A program made the translations under genes and the position numbers. A DNA stretch of 64,000 bases, from the sequence record NC_042098.1; one strand, given 5' to 3'. Shown here in pieces: positions 26,512-35,996 of the stretch; the stretch's first letter is position 1, and every line of letters starts with the position of its first letter. The notes beneath the pieces were generated by a model. The model saw only the letters and a list, made by a program, of their open reading frames with translations. It searched no databases and had not been told where the DNA came from.

Positions 26512-27978
26512 ATGTCTATTGATCTGATCGCTTCCTTTATCGACGATTCGGGCAATGTCCCGATGACGGCGCTGACCGTGGTAAAGAAAGAGAACGACGA
26601 AGCCAACGCACAACTGCCGAAACAGGTAGCGATGCTGAAAGCCTCTAACGAACGTATCGTTGAACTTCAGTCTGTGATTGAACGTGTGCGCCGTGAAGGC
26701 ATGAGCCGTGAAGTCGCCGCGATTGTTGCCTCGATTGCACCCGAAGCGTTGCCGGTTGGCTACGGTGCTGAAGGTTTCACTGAGCAACCCTCAAAGCTTG
26801 GGATGGCTGCTGGTCTGGAATCGATCACCGCCTATGTGATTGATGGTATCAAACGTCTGATCGCATTCCTGATTGATAAGGCCAAGAAAGCCGCTGCCTT
26901 TATTGTGGATCAGTATCGTCGTCTGACGGGCATTGCTCCCACTGCGTACAAGATCGATCGGCGTGCTGCTTATCTTACGGCGATGTCTGCCCGGTTTGCT
27001 CAGCATTTCGGTACGGATCTGGCGACCCTGTTAGAGCAGGATATCAATGCCGGCTTTACCAGTATCGAAAGCACCCGCATGGTATTAAGCGGTATGTTTG
27101 CTGATGCGGAAGTGCTGCAGGCGGATCTGTCTAAATATGGCAAGCACATCAATGTCATGTCCAAACAGATCGAAGCGTTACTGGCAGATGCGCCAGCACG
27201 TGTGGTGCGGGTCAATGCGATTGTTAATGATGTCACGGTATCGCGCAATGGCAGCAACGATCGCAGTGCAGAGATCCTGCGTCTGATCGACACCCGTAAC
27301 CTCGATGCCCTGGTCAGTACGTTGCGCAGCGTCAGTAAGTTACTGGTCAGCAGCCCGATGTACAAATCCACTGGCACCGGTAAAGACGGCAAAATCAAAC
27401 AGACTATCCTTGAGCAGTTAAACAGCGATGGTTTCCGTGAGATGATGTCCGGCCTTTCCATGGCTGCTAATGCTGGCATGACCCACACCATGGACATGAC
27501 CGATGCCTCGGCGATCATTCGTTCACGTAATCTGGCTGAGGCTGTTAAAGAGCTCACCAATTACGAAGAAGTGAAGAAGCGTTCATTGGATGACCTCAAG
27601 TCTGCTACTGGTTCGATCAACAGCAACAAATATGTGCAGGCCGCTGAACAGTCACCGGGTGATGACCCGACCATGGCAGCTGTGGTGCAGTTTAACCAAT
27701 ACTGGGATGATGTCACGACCGCCGTAAAAGTGGCACAGGACATCACCACCGCCTACGCGGAGACGGTATTCAAACTGCAGCTGTTCTCGGTGCGTTGTCA
27801 AGACCTGGCGCTGGTACAGTGGTCCGCTAACCCAGCCAATGCCGGTCTGGCAGAAGCCAATGCGGCGACTGAACGTCTGCAGGCGGTGGTCAAGCAGTAT
27901 CTGGATAAGGTCGTGAAGAACACCACGGGCTTGAAAGGTGCGCTGGATGACCTCGGCAAACTGGTCAATCAACTGTAA
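26512..27978 (+). CDS. Internal head (ejection) protein, protease-matured
   Basis: GAE and GLE sites near residues 85-104 followed by an amphipathic helix; GAGGAG SD. Confidence 0.72.
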   Translation: MSIDLIASFIDDSGNVPMTALTVVKKENDEANAQLPKQVAMLKASNERIVELQSVIERVRREGMSREVAAIVASIAPEALPVGYGAEGFTEQPSKLGMAAGLESITAYVIDGIKRLIAFLIDKAKKAAAFIVDQYRRLTGIAPTAYKIDRRAAYLTAMSARFAQHFGTDLATLLEQDINAGFTSIESTRMVLSGMFADAEVLQADLSKYGKHINVMSKQIEALLADAPARVVRVNAIVNDVTVSRNGSNDRSAEILRLIDTRNLDALVSTLRSVSKLLVSSPMYKSTGTGKDGKIKQTILEQLNSDGFREMMSGLSMAANAGMTHTMDMTDASAIIRSRNLAEAVKELTNYEEVKKRSLDDLKSATGSINSNKYVQAAEQSPGDDPTMAAVVQFNQYWDDVTTAVKVAQDITTAYAETVFKLQLFSVRCQDLALVQWSANPANAGLAEANAATERLQAVVKQYLDKVVKNTTGLKGALDDLGKLVNQL

Positions 27979-27987
27979 GGAAATCGC

Positions 27988-29244
27988 ATGGAATCCACAT
28001 TACTTCAAACGATCAATGAAACCACGGAGTTGTGTGACTCTTTGATTTCGTTGTCACAACGTCTTGAGATGTTGGGTCCCATTGCTGCTGAGTCTGTTAA
28101 CTTCGCAAAGATCCATGAATCGATTAACCTGAAGGTGGCGAAGATTGCTGCTTCGATGGAGTCGATTGAAGCTAACGGCATCAACCAGGAGGCAGTGTTA
28201 GAAATCAATACTGCCATGCCTGGTATCATTCCCAACACCATCCCTCTTAATGGATACACCAAAGCCCGCAGTCAGATGAATGTGGGGTTTGCCTTAGAGT
28301 CGTTGGAGTCAGGTAAAGCAGCAATGATCTCCGGTTCAGTAACAGGGATCGTGGCCGTGATCGTCAAACTGTTTCGTTGGGTGGTCATGACCATCAAGCA
28401 GTATGTCAAATCACGCCGTGATGCGAACCGTCTCGGTGTCTCTGTGACACAAGCGCTGCAACGTGCGGGGACGATCAACGAATACCTGTTAGAACAGTTG
28501 GCGAAAACCCCTGAAGCCAAAGCCGCCCGTCCGGGCTTTGAATGGTTGGTATCGATCTGGCGTCCGCAGGCTGGGATCTTTAAGTTCAATGAAGATGCAC
28601 TGGTGCAGTGGTGGCCAGAGCTCGTCAATGAACTGGAGTACGAATACAACCAGATCAGCAAGGCGTTTGAAACACTGCGTGGCGGTGGGTCGTTTGTCCC
28701 GAACATTGCGAAAGCGCATCAGTCACCCTCCATGAAGCGTTTCTTTGAAGCCTTACCGCAAGGGACGGATCGTCAAGGGAATATCGTTGAGGTAGAGCTG
28801 GCGAAGAAGCAGTTCCAGGAGAACCCACAGCGTGCGTTGTTCCAACTGGCTGAGCGTCTGCGCTACATGATCATGCGTGAGCCTAAATCAAAAGGTACTG
28901 ACTTTGGGCAAGAGCTGATCTCAGTAGGTCGCAGTATTGAAGCTTACACCAATGTGGATCGTCTGGTGTTTGATCAGCTGAATACCTACGACACCAACAA
29001 CCGATTAGGGAAACTGGAAGAGGCGTTTGGTGCGTTGTATAAGCAAGTCCAAGCCACACGCTACACTGCAGACAAAGCCCTGGTTGATGAGTTCGTGGGT
29101 TACCTGAACCGTTATTCAGAAAAGCTTAACTGTTTCGTGCAACTGATCACCATTGTGAGTTACCTGGATAGCTGTAGTTTCCAGATCCTTGACAATGTCT
29201 CCAAAGCCACCATGAAGTACGTTGATATTGCTGCCAGTAATTAA
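27988..29244 (+). CDS. Internal head (ejection) protein, protease-matured
   Basis: AAE, SME, ALE and SLE sites then hydrophobic GIVAVIVKLFRWVV; propeptide similar to previous gene. Confidence 0.72.
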   Translation: MESTLLQTINETTELCDSLISLSQRLEMLGPIAAESVNFAKIHESINLKVAKIAASMESIEANGINQEAVLEINTAMPGIIPNTIPLNGYTKARSQMNVGFALESLESGKAAMISGSVTGIVAVIVKLFRWVVMTIKQYVKSRRDANRLGVSVTQALQRAGTINEYLLEQLAKTPEAKAARPGFEWLVSIWRPQAGIFKFNEDALVQWWPELVNELEYEYNQISKAFETLRGGGSFVPNIAKAHQSPSMKRFFEALPQGTDRQGNIVEVELAKKQFQENPQRALFQLAERLRYMIMREPKSKGTDFGQELISVGRSIEAYTNVDRLVFDQLNTYDTNNRLGKLEEAFGALYKQVQATRYTADKALVDEFVGYLNRYSEKLNCFVQLITIVSYLDSCSFQILDNVSKATMKYVDIAASN

Positions 29245-29246
29245 AT

Positions 29247-29298
29247 CGGCATAAAGGCCTGGCCTTCCTTGCGGAGGGCCAGAGCCTTGCTTATGCCG
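29247..29298. terminator. Bidirectional terminator with CGGCATAA/TTATGCCG outer stem
   Basis: Long hairpin CTGGCCTTCC-TTGC-GGAGGGCCAG inside complementary 8-nt flanks; between convergent genes. Confidence 0.85.
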
Positions 29299-32248
29299 TT
29301 AAGCTTGACTTCGCTGAGGTATGTTTCAGGAAGGTGATGGAGATGTCTTCTTTCACCGTTAAGGTTTCATCCGACGCCACATCTACCCGTTTCTTGATGG
29401 CACACCGCATGGTGTCATCTAATGCGGTCATGACTTTGATGTCACCGTTCACCCCGAGTGCTTTAAACTCGATATCAACCACATCCGACGTTCGATACGG
29501 TTTCAGCGCATCAACCAGATCTGTCAGACCAAAGGTTGCCCGGGCAATTACTGCGGCAATCGCTGGACTCACTTTCGCTGACAGGTTGTCACGCAATGAG
29601 GTGTTCTTGTAACCGTTGTCGGTCATGTAGAAGGTTACGTCAAAACCAATCGCGGCGGAGATCTGACGAGACTCTCGTGCATTGGCAATCACATCGATCA
29701 AGCCCAGGGTTTGTTTCGGTCGCAACGACACCGTGGTCTTCTCAAGCAACTGCCGCTTCACCGTGACCATGTCCTCTGTCACCCAATCAACCAGATCAGA
29801 GATCACATCGGTGATGTATGTCTTGTCCAGCGGATTACCAGTAAAGTAGTAGACACCATCCAGACCCACCACATCGATCTCACGCACCACCACACGTTCA
29901 TTAAGCGGGATAGGGTTACCTTGCTCATCCGACTTAATGTCACCCACCCGATAACGATAGATGATGTTGTTATCAGCGTCATACATGATGTCGCCTTTGG
30001 CATGCAGGATGATCGGTTGGTTGTTGCTGTCAAACACCAATTGGTTAGTGACCGCATCGCGCTGATACACTGTCTCTGCATAACGCCACGGCACATCGAC
30101 ATCGTACTTCTGATACTCGATGTCAGACACCACTGAACGTGACCGCTGATACAGATAGGTCAGGGCTTTACCCATCACCACGTCGTAGGACTGTTCCGTC
30201 ACCACCACGAACTGCTGATCCAGGTAGAAACTCCCCAACTTCTTATCGCTGTCGCTGTACACCACGTCGTTCGGTGATTTGGCCACCGCAATACAGTTCA
30301 GCAGGATGAAGTTCTTTTCCAGTACCGAGCGCAACTTAGATGCCGCATTACCAAACTGACCAAAGGAGGTCAGGATGATCTCATCCTCGTTAGTGATGTC
30401 GAGATTACTGTCAATGTCGAACTGCCAGACACGTTCACGGGTTGCTGTCCGACCGATCATCACGCCATTGAGGTAGCCGTAGTTGCTTTCCCCCTCCGGC
30501 ATGAATAACAACTGACACGCCACATCGCTGTCTGCCAGGTCTTTGTAGTAATCACCTGAACTCGTCACCACGGTTGCTCTAAAGCCATTGGTGGTTTTGG
30601 TAAAGGTAAAACTGTCCGCCACAAGTTCAACGCCGATGGAGTTGTTCTCATAGCTGAATACCCGACCTGCCACAGAAGGACGATCCAGATCATAGACCCG
30701 AGTGGTAAACGCATCGTTATTCGCATCCAGCACCATATAGAAAGGTGAGAACATGAACACGTTGTTGTTGACCGTCAAGGCACGACTGTCTAATCCCGCG
30801 CCGTTGATCGTGGCCAGTTCCGCATCCGATACCATGTTGTAGATACCGTTAACCAACCGGTATAAGGCGGTCGGGGTAATGGTGATGCGATTGCCGTTAT
30901 CACGCACTGCGGTATTACTGACCAACTGCAACATCGATGACTGCAGGGTAATGATCCCGGTACCGGCCGGCGTGTTGATACCAGACTTGTTGGTCTGCGG
31001 ATTCAGTGACCGTGTCGCATGGTAAATACGTTGCGTCACTGTGTCTTCTGATTTCAATGCCCCGTAGCCTAAATCGACCAGGGTTTGTGAGACCTGCGCT
31101 TCAGTAATCGGTAAGACCGTTTTATTGGCCGAATAGATCACCGCTTCCCGCAACGCTTCAACACTGAGACCGTTCACCCCACCGCTGACACCGCTGCTGA
31201 TCGACATGGTCTTTTCATTAAAGACGGTCAATGGGGTAGAGTACTTATCCAACACCCGATCTTCGTAATTGAAGTCACGGTAGACCGCACTGATCGAAGA
31301 AGACTGCAGCGCCAGCGTTTCGATAACCAGGTTACCTTTACTGGTGTAGACATCTGCCCGCACCTGACGACCCACTGCCAGATTGTTGGAGATGTAGATT
31401 TCCGGTAGCACAACCTTCACTGAGTCTTCTAACACCTGGGCGACGAAGGTCAGCTTGGTGTTGTCATAGACCAGGTCATCATGGGTGACGTACGCCTCTT
31501 CCCACTCATCAGTCACATTCGCCCGTGTAAAGACACGCAGGTAATAGAACTGGTCACCTTTTAATGGATAGGTATTGCGATACCCACTCATGCTGGTAAT
31601 CTGACCGTAATAAGGCTGGGCTTTGAACTGACGTAAAGGTACTGTGATGTAGAGTAGCTCAACCCCGTTGAAGATCGCAGTCCGCCAGGTTAACTGGTTG
31701 GTTTCCACCGTCAGTAACGGACTGGGTTGCGACACATCGTACACCACCACAAAGCCGCCATGTTTCATCACCCGGATTTCAATCGGATACTCCAGACTGA
31801 AGGTGACGTCCATCACCGTGATTTCCGTGTTGCGTGGAATCACCATCTTCGAGTAGATGCTGTCGATGTCATCGTTGCCACTGCTGTCGAGCTGCACTGC
31901 ACGCGCCCGAATCTCATCGGCATTGAAAATGAAGTTGGTGGTGATACGTGACGGGGTACAGAAACGGTTCTTGTAATCCTCATCACTCATGTTGCGATAC
32001 AGATCTTCATACGTCCGCGCCATCTTCGGGTAGTACGCCGTATAAAGGTCTTCATGGTTTTGCATCACCGCTGAACCGGTCAGAGCAACCAGCTCAAAAG
32101 CAAACATCGCGGGGTTGGTGGCATTCATGATATCAATCGTGCCGTCCATGTTTTGGTCTAACAGATCGAGTGTGTAGTCCATCATCAACGATGGATCATT
32201 ACGCAGGTCGATCATTTTCTGTTTACGTACGTCGATGCTGTCGCTCAT
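29291..32248 (-). CDS. Baseplate wedge-like virion protein (T4 gp6/baseplate-J-like; phiKZ gp87 position)
   Basis: 985 aa; SGGVNGLSVEALREAVI resembles the baseplate-J GG.D.E....LR motif; synteny. Confidence 0.65.
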   Translation of the reverse strand: MSDSIDVRKQKMIDLRNDPSLMMDYTLDLLDQNMDGTIDIMNATNPAMFAFELVALTGSAVMQNHEDLYTAYYPKMARTYEDLYRNMSDEDYKNRFCTPSRITTNFIFNADEIRARAVQLDSSGNDDIDSIYSKMVIPRNTEITVMDVTFSLEYPIEIRVMKHGGFVVVYDVSQPSPLLTVETNQLTWRTAIFNGVELLYITVPLRQFKAQPYYGQITSMSGYRNTYPLKGDQFYYLRVFTRANVTDEWEEAYVTHDDLVYDNTKLTFVAQVLEDSVKVVLPEIYISNNLAVGRQVRADVYTSKGNLVIETLALQSSSISAVYRDFNYEDRVLDKYSTPLTVFNEKTMSISSGVSGGVNGLSVEALREAVIYSANKTVLPITEAQVSQTLVDLGYGALKSEDTVTQRIYHATRSLNPQTNKSGINTPAGTGIITLQSSMLQLVSNTAVRDNGNRITITPTALYRLVNGIYNMVSDAELATINGAGLDSRALTVNNNVFMFSPFYMVLDANNDAFTTRVYDLDRPSVAGRVFSYENNSIGVELVADSFTFTKTTNGFRATVVTSSGDYYKDLADSDVACQLLFMPEGESNYGYLNGVMIGRTATRERVWQFDIDSNLDITNEDEIILTSFGQFGNAASKLRSVLEKNFILLNCIAVAKSPNDVVYSDSDKKLGSFYLDQQFVVVTEQSYDVVMGKALTYLYQRSRSVVSDIEYQKYDVDVPWRYAETVYQRDAVTNQLVFDSNNQPIILHAKGDIMYDADNNIIYRYRVGDIKSDEQGNPIPLNERVVVREIDVVGLDGVYYFTGNPLDKTYITDVISDLVDWVTEDMVTVKRQLLEKTTVSLRPKQTLGLIDVIANARESRQISAAIGFDVTFYMTDNGYKNTSLRDNLSAKVSPAIAAVIARATFGLTDLVDALKPYRTSDVVDIEFKALGVNGDIKVMTALDDTMRCAIKKRVDVASDETLTVKEDISITFLKHTSAKSSLTA

Positions 32249-32257
32249 CGTAGCCTC

Positions 32258-33283
32258 TTATTTTTGATCCTTCGGAACCCACCACTGGAATTCGTTCGTC
32301 ATCACGTCGATATAAGGATAACCAATAAAGTTGTAGCGCTGCATTTCACCCGGGGAGATTTTGCGGAAGAACGTGTTACGGTTCGCGGCTTTCATCTGCG
32401 GGTTAAATAACTCGACACAACTGTTGAAATCCAGGATCAGGGATTGCGTGTTATAGCGCCAGCCCACACACTGCCAGTTACAACTGATTTGGTTATTGTT
32501 CTTGATCAGTGGGGTGTCTTTGGTGGTGCCAAAGTCAAACGCATTACCAATCGGGTTGGTGGTGCAGATTGCTGCGTAGGGTGCACCGATCTTTGTCACA
32601 TAGCGTGAAGTCTGATCCAGAATGATGCGATAGAAGCGCATGGTGTAATCAATATAGTTGTTAACAATGGCGTCCCAATAGGGAACCATGTCACCAAGGT
32701 ATACCGATGAGCTGTACGTTTGCAGCAGATCCAGGATCATGGTGATCGGGTCACCTGAGATGTTGGTGTGCGTTGACGTCACCTGATAGGCTTCATTAAA
32801 CTCCGACTGACCATCAACCATCGACCAGGTTTCTTTACGTGAACCTGGTGGTGCCGTAAAGGTATCGATCACGATATCGGGAAAACCGGTCATCGATTCC
32901 AGGGTGTTTGATAAAATGGACACGAAGGCCTGTTGGTTATCAAACAGTCTGGAGTAGCTTTTTCGATCAATTGTACCGGTCGCATCAAACATCGAACGGA
33001 TCGCACCTGGGATCGTATCAGCGTTGTTTGAAGCAAGCGAAAGCAGCTTTTCTTGTCGATTCAGATTATCGTATGACAGGTTAAGGATTGGGCGTGTGAA
33101 AAAGGTATACCCCATGACGTCTTTGTTGATGGGTAGAAAGGCGCTACGGTTACTGAATTTGTTCAAACCCCAATAGTTATGCGCAAGCGATGAGGTTACA
33201 CTACCATACCCGGACTCCCTTGCAGCCGAGTCAATACTCTCGGTCCACAACCCAGGATTGTAGTCGTCATTGTCATTGGCCAT
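32258..33283 (-). CDS. Tail-tube-like/baseplate virion protein
   Basis: 341 aa; GYTFFTRPILNLS motif seen in jumbo-phage tube-like proteins; synteny. Confidence 0.6.
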   Translation of the reverse strand: MANDNDDYNPGLWTESIDSAARESGYGSVTSSLAHNYWGLNKFSNRSAFLPINKDVMGYTFFTRPILNLSYDNLNRQEKLLSLASNNADTIPGAIRSMFDATGTIDRKSYSRLFDNQQAFVSILSNTLESMTGFPDIVIDTFTAPPGSRKETWSMVDGQSEFNEAYQVTSTHTNISGDPITMILDLLQTYSSSVYLGDMVPYWDAIVNNYIDYTMRFYRIILDQTSRYVTKIGAPYAAICTTNPIGNAFDFGTTKDTPLIKNNNQISCNWQCVGWRYNTQSLILDFNSCVELFNPQMKAANRNTFFRKISPGEMQRYNFIGYPYIDVMTNEFQWWVPKDQK

Positions 33284-33336
33284 TACTCATCACCTCTTTG
33301 AAATAGAATATCCGTTGAATCCATAGGAGTACTTTT

Positions 33337-34503
33337 ATGTTACCATTAGTTACGGGGGCGATTACACTGGCCAGTTCGCTTGCGCTTGTCGCCGAACGTA
33401 TTCTGGCAGCCAAGAAAGCTGCTGGTGAAGTCGCTGGTACTGTTGACAATACGTTGGCCACGTTAGGCCAGATGGGCACACGTGATTTGGTAACCTTTAC
33501 CAAAGTGACCCGCATGGAGCCTCTGGTGTTGTTAGATGATCGTTTGAAGTTTGATCCTTCGACCCCGGAGATCCTGCAAGTACTGACCAGTTTGATTGCC
33601 GGCTACTATACCCAGGCGTTTGCCCTGCTGGGCCAGGTCGACGGTATTGACGTCATTGGCACCCTGGATAAGCTGAACCCGTCACGTACTGGTATTGGTC
33701 TGAACAACTTTGAAGGTGATCTTGAGAAAGACGGCCTCCATAAATTTAGTAACCAGTCAAATACCCCTCTCTATAGTATCGGGCTGGAAGCACTGACTGA
33801 AGTGCAGAGCGCCGAGAACAAGCCGGTTAAAATCCAGACCGATAAAAATGTCGTGGCTGATATTTCGGCACCGACTAACCTGGCGCTGGGCAAGATGATC
33901 AAGGTGACCTTGTCAGCTAATGGCAATACCATCGAGATCCCAATCACCATCCGTGTGAAACCTGTCACCACCGGTAGCGATGCCGTTACGGCGATTCTGG
34001 CTATCGGTACCACGAAGAACACCGTGGCTGAGCGCTGGAACCGTTTCAAAGCTGGTGAGCTGACCTTCACTAACCTGGCCACCGGTGATGACGTGATTCG
34101 TCAACACAAGAAGATCCTGGTGCAGGATACCTCTGGCTTCTATGCCGAGATCACCCGCCGTGCCCGTGGTAATGCGAAGAAAGGTGCCCTGTCCGGTAAC
34201 CTGTCGCTGGCTACGGATTCGAACGTGGTAATGATCTCTTCAGCCACGGCGCTGGATGTGGGTCGTGAGCTTGGTGGTGAGTTGTCTAACTTCCGTATCC
34301 GTGAAGCGATGTTCGCCAAGGTGTACTCTAACATGCTGATCATCGTGGATGACCTGCGTGGCATGGTCTCCTTCTACTACCGCGGTGAGTCATTACCAAA
34401 CGTGCTGTCGCTGCAGGATATCAAACTGTATAACAAAGGCAGCGGCCCAGACATCATGTCGATCTTCAGTGCGTTTGCTGAAAACAAAATCCCTTCCCTT
34501 TAA
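33337..34503 (+). CDS. Internal head protein (phiKZ gp89 position)
   Basis: 388 aa; NFE and GLE processing-type sites; TAGGAG SD. Confidence 0.7.
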   Translation: MLPLVTGAITLASSLALVAERILAAKKAAGEVAGTVDNTLATLGQMGTRDLVTFTKVTRMEPLVLLDDRLKFDPSTPEILQVLTSLIAGYYTQAFALLGQVDGIDVIGTLDKLNPSRTGIGLNNFEGDLEKDGLHKFSNQSNTPLYSIGLEALTEVQSAENKPVKIQTDKNVVADISAPTNLALGKMIKVTLSANGNTIEIPITIRVKPVTTGSDAVTAILAIGTTKNTVAERWNRFKAGELTFTNLATGDDVIRQHKKILVQDTSGFYAEITRRARGNAKKGALSGNLSLATDSNVVMISSATALDVGRELGGELSNFRIREAMFAKVYSNMLIIVDDLRGMVSFYYRGESLPNVLSLQDIKLYNKGSGPDIMSIFSAFAENKIPSL

Positions 34504-34515
34504 GGATCTCGTTCG

Positions 34516-35409
34516 ATGAACATTTTTAACTACGTCAAAGGCCTGATTGGTACGGTTGACAAACGCGATGTCCTAAGCGAGATCGATGCCCTGCGTGATG
34601 AGCTCACCCGGTTCACCATTAACAACTATGCGAAAGCCATGGATGTTAATGTCAACACCGACGGCAGTAATTACTACGTAAAACAGATCAGTCGTGAATT
34701 CGCGAAAGTGAAACAGGTTGAAGGTTTACGTGGTCAGAACCTGATCGCTCAAACGTACATCTCCTTAAAGCAGCTAACCCTGACCCTGGAGTGGATGCGC
34801 AAACAGGTTGAGCGTGAGTACGGCGGTCGTATTGCCCGTGAAGCTGTTGACTTTAAACAAGCCAACTTCCTGCGTTATATCGACTCGATCGACTTCTACC
34901 TGCGTTACGCTCGCTCCATGCTGCTCGTGGTGACGTCCCTGAATGCTAACCCATCAGCGGATATCACCAAAGGCTTCACGGTGCATGAGATCCGCTTCCT
35001 GACCGATACTGCTGTACACTTCATCTACCTGACCTCGCTGTTCTCACAGCCGGTGAGTGTGACTGAGAAAGTGTTCGATGCGGTGCCATCAGTGGTGGTC
35101 TCCGATGCCGACCAGCAAGCGATCGAAGCGGTACTGGGTAACAAGACCGATGTGGCGAGGTCTAACTTCATCCCACTGGGCTACAACCCGTTCTTCCTGA
35201 TTGGTCGTCTGCGTGCTGAACGTCGTGTGAAACGCCTGCGGGCAGCTGAAGCGGCAGCCATTGCCACTGAACTGACCTTGAGCAAGCTCATGGACAAACA
35301 AGCAGGCGGGACAGAAGACCCCACCATTCAGAAACAAATTGATCATTATCAGAATCAGTTGAACCGACTGAACTTTGAGATCGATCAGATCAAATCCGAA
35401 GTCGAGTAA
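34516..35409 (+). CDS. Internal head protein (phiKZ gp90 position)
   Basis: 297 aa helical protein with C-terminal coiled coil; synteny. Confidence 0.68.
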   Translation: MNIFNYVKGLIGTVDKRDVLSEIDALRDELTRFTINNYAKAMDVNVNTDGSNYYVKQISREFAKVKQVEGLRGQNLIAQTYISLKQLTLTLEWMRKQVEREYGGRIAREAVDFKQANFLRYIDSIDFYLRYARSMLLVVTSLNANPSADITKGFTVHEIRFLTDTAVHFIYLTSLFSQPVSVTEKVFDAVPSVVVSDADQQAIEAVLGNKTDVARSNFIPLGYNPFFLIGRLRAERRVKRLRAAEAAAIATELTLSKLMDKQAGGTEDPTIQKQIDHYQNQLNRLNFEIDQIKSEVE

Positions 35410-35419
35410 GGAGTCCGTC

Positions 35420-35959
35420 ATGGCAGATCGTGTTAGTACTGGTGCAGAGATTATCTACGGCACCGGCTTTACCTCCCATGGCGGCCCAGGACAGCAAGGC
35501 GTAAAGATCAACGTCGACAACAACGTCATTGATCTTTACCAGCGTTTGGCAGGCAACATCACGCTCGCCGGTAACTTTAACTTCCGAAAAGAAGTGTGTG
35601 TTACTGCTGCACGACTGTTACTGCCATTGCCAAACTGGCTCCTGGCCACCCGTAGTAATTACCTGCACTCCAAACACGCGCTGTTGTTCGCCCGTGACCT
35701 GGGGTTGATTGCGATGGGTAAGAGTCCGGACATGAGTGTGATGACGCGCATGCGTCTGTTTTCACCCAGTTCTGTGAAGTCCAACCCGGGTGAGCTGAAT
35801 GCGTCGAATTACGATGCACTCTCGTTGATCCCTAATAAGTTCATTGATGAGCTGCGTACCTATTCCAATGGTGCACAGCTGGCTAACCTGACCCGCGACG
35901 CACAGCATGTGAAAGACCTGGTCACGTCATTATATGTCATGTTTGGTTCTGTTGAATAA
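35420..35959 (+). CDS. Virion structural protein
   Basis: ATG 35420 after AAGGAG; lies within head operon. Confidence 0.68.
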   Translation: MADRVSTGAEIIYGTGFTSHGGPGQQGVKINVDNNVIDLYQRLAGNITLAGNFNFRKEVCVTAARLLLPLPNWLLATRSNYLHSKHALLFARDLGLIAMGKSPDMSVMTRMRLFSPSSVKSNPGELNASNYDALSLIPNKFIDELRTYSNGAQLANLTRDAQHVKDLVTSLYVMFGSVE

Positions 35960-35996
35960 CAGGCCTCAAAATCGGAATGTAGAGGATACGTAAAAA

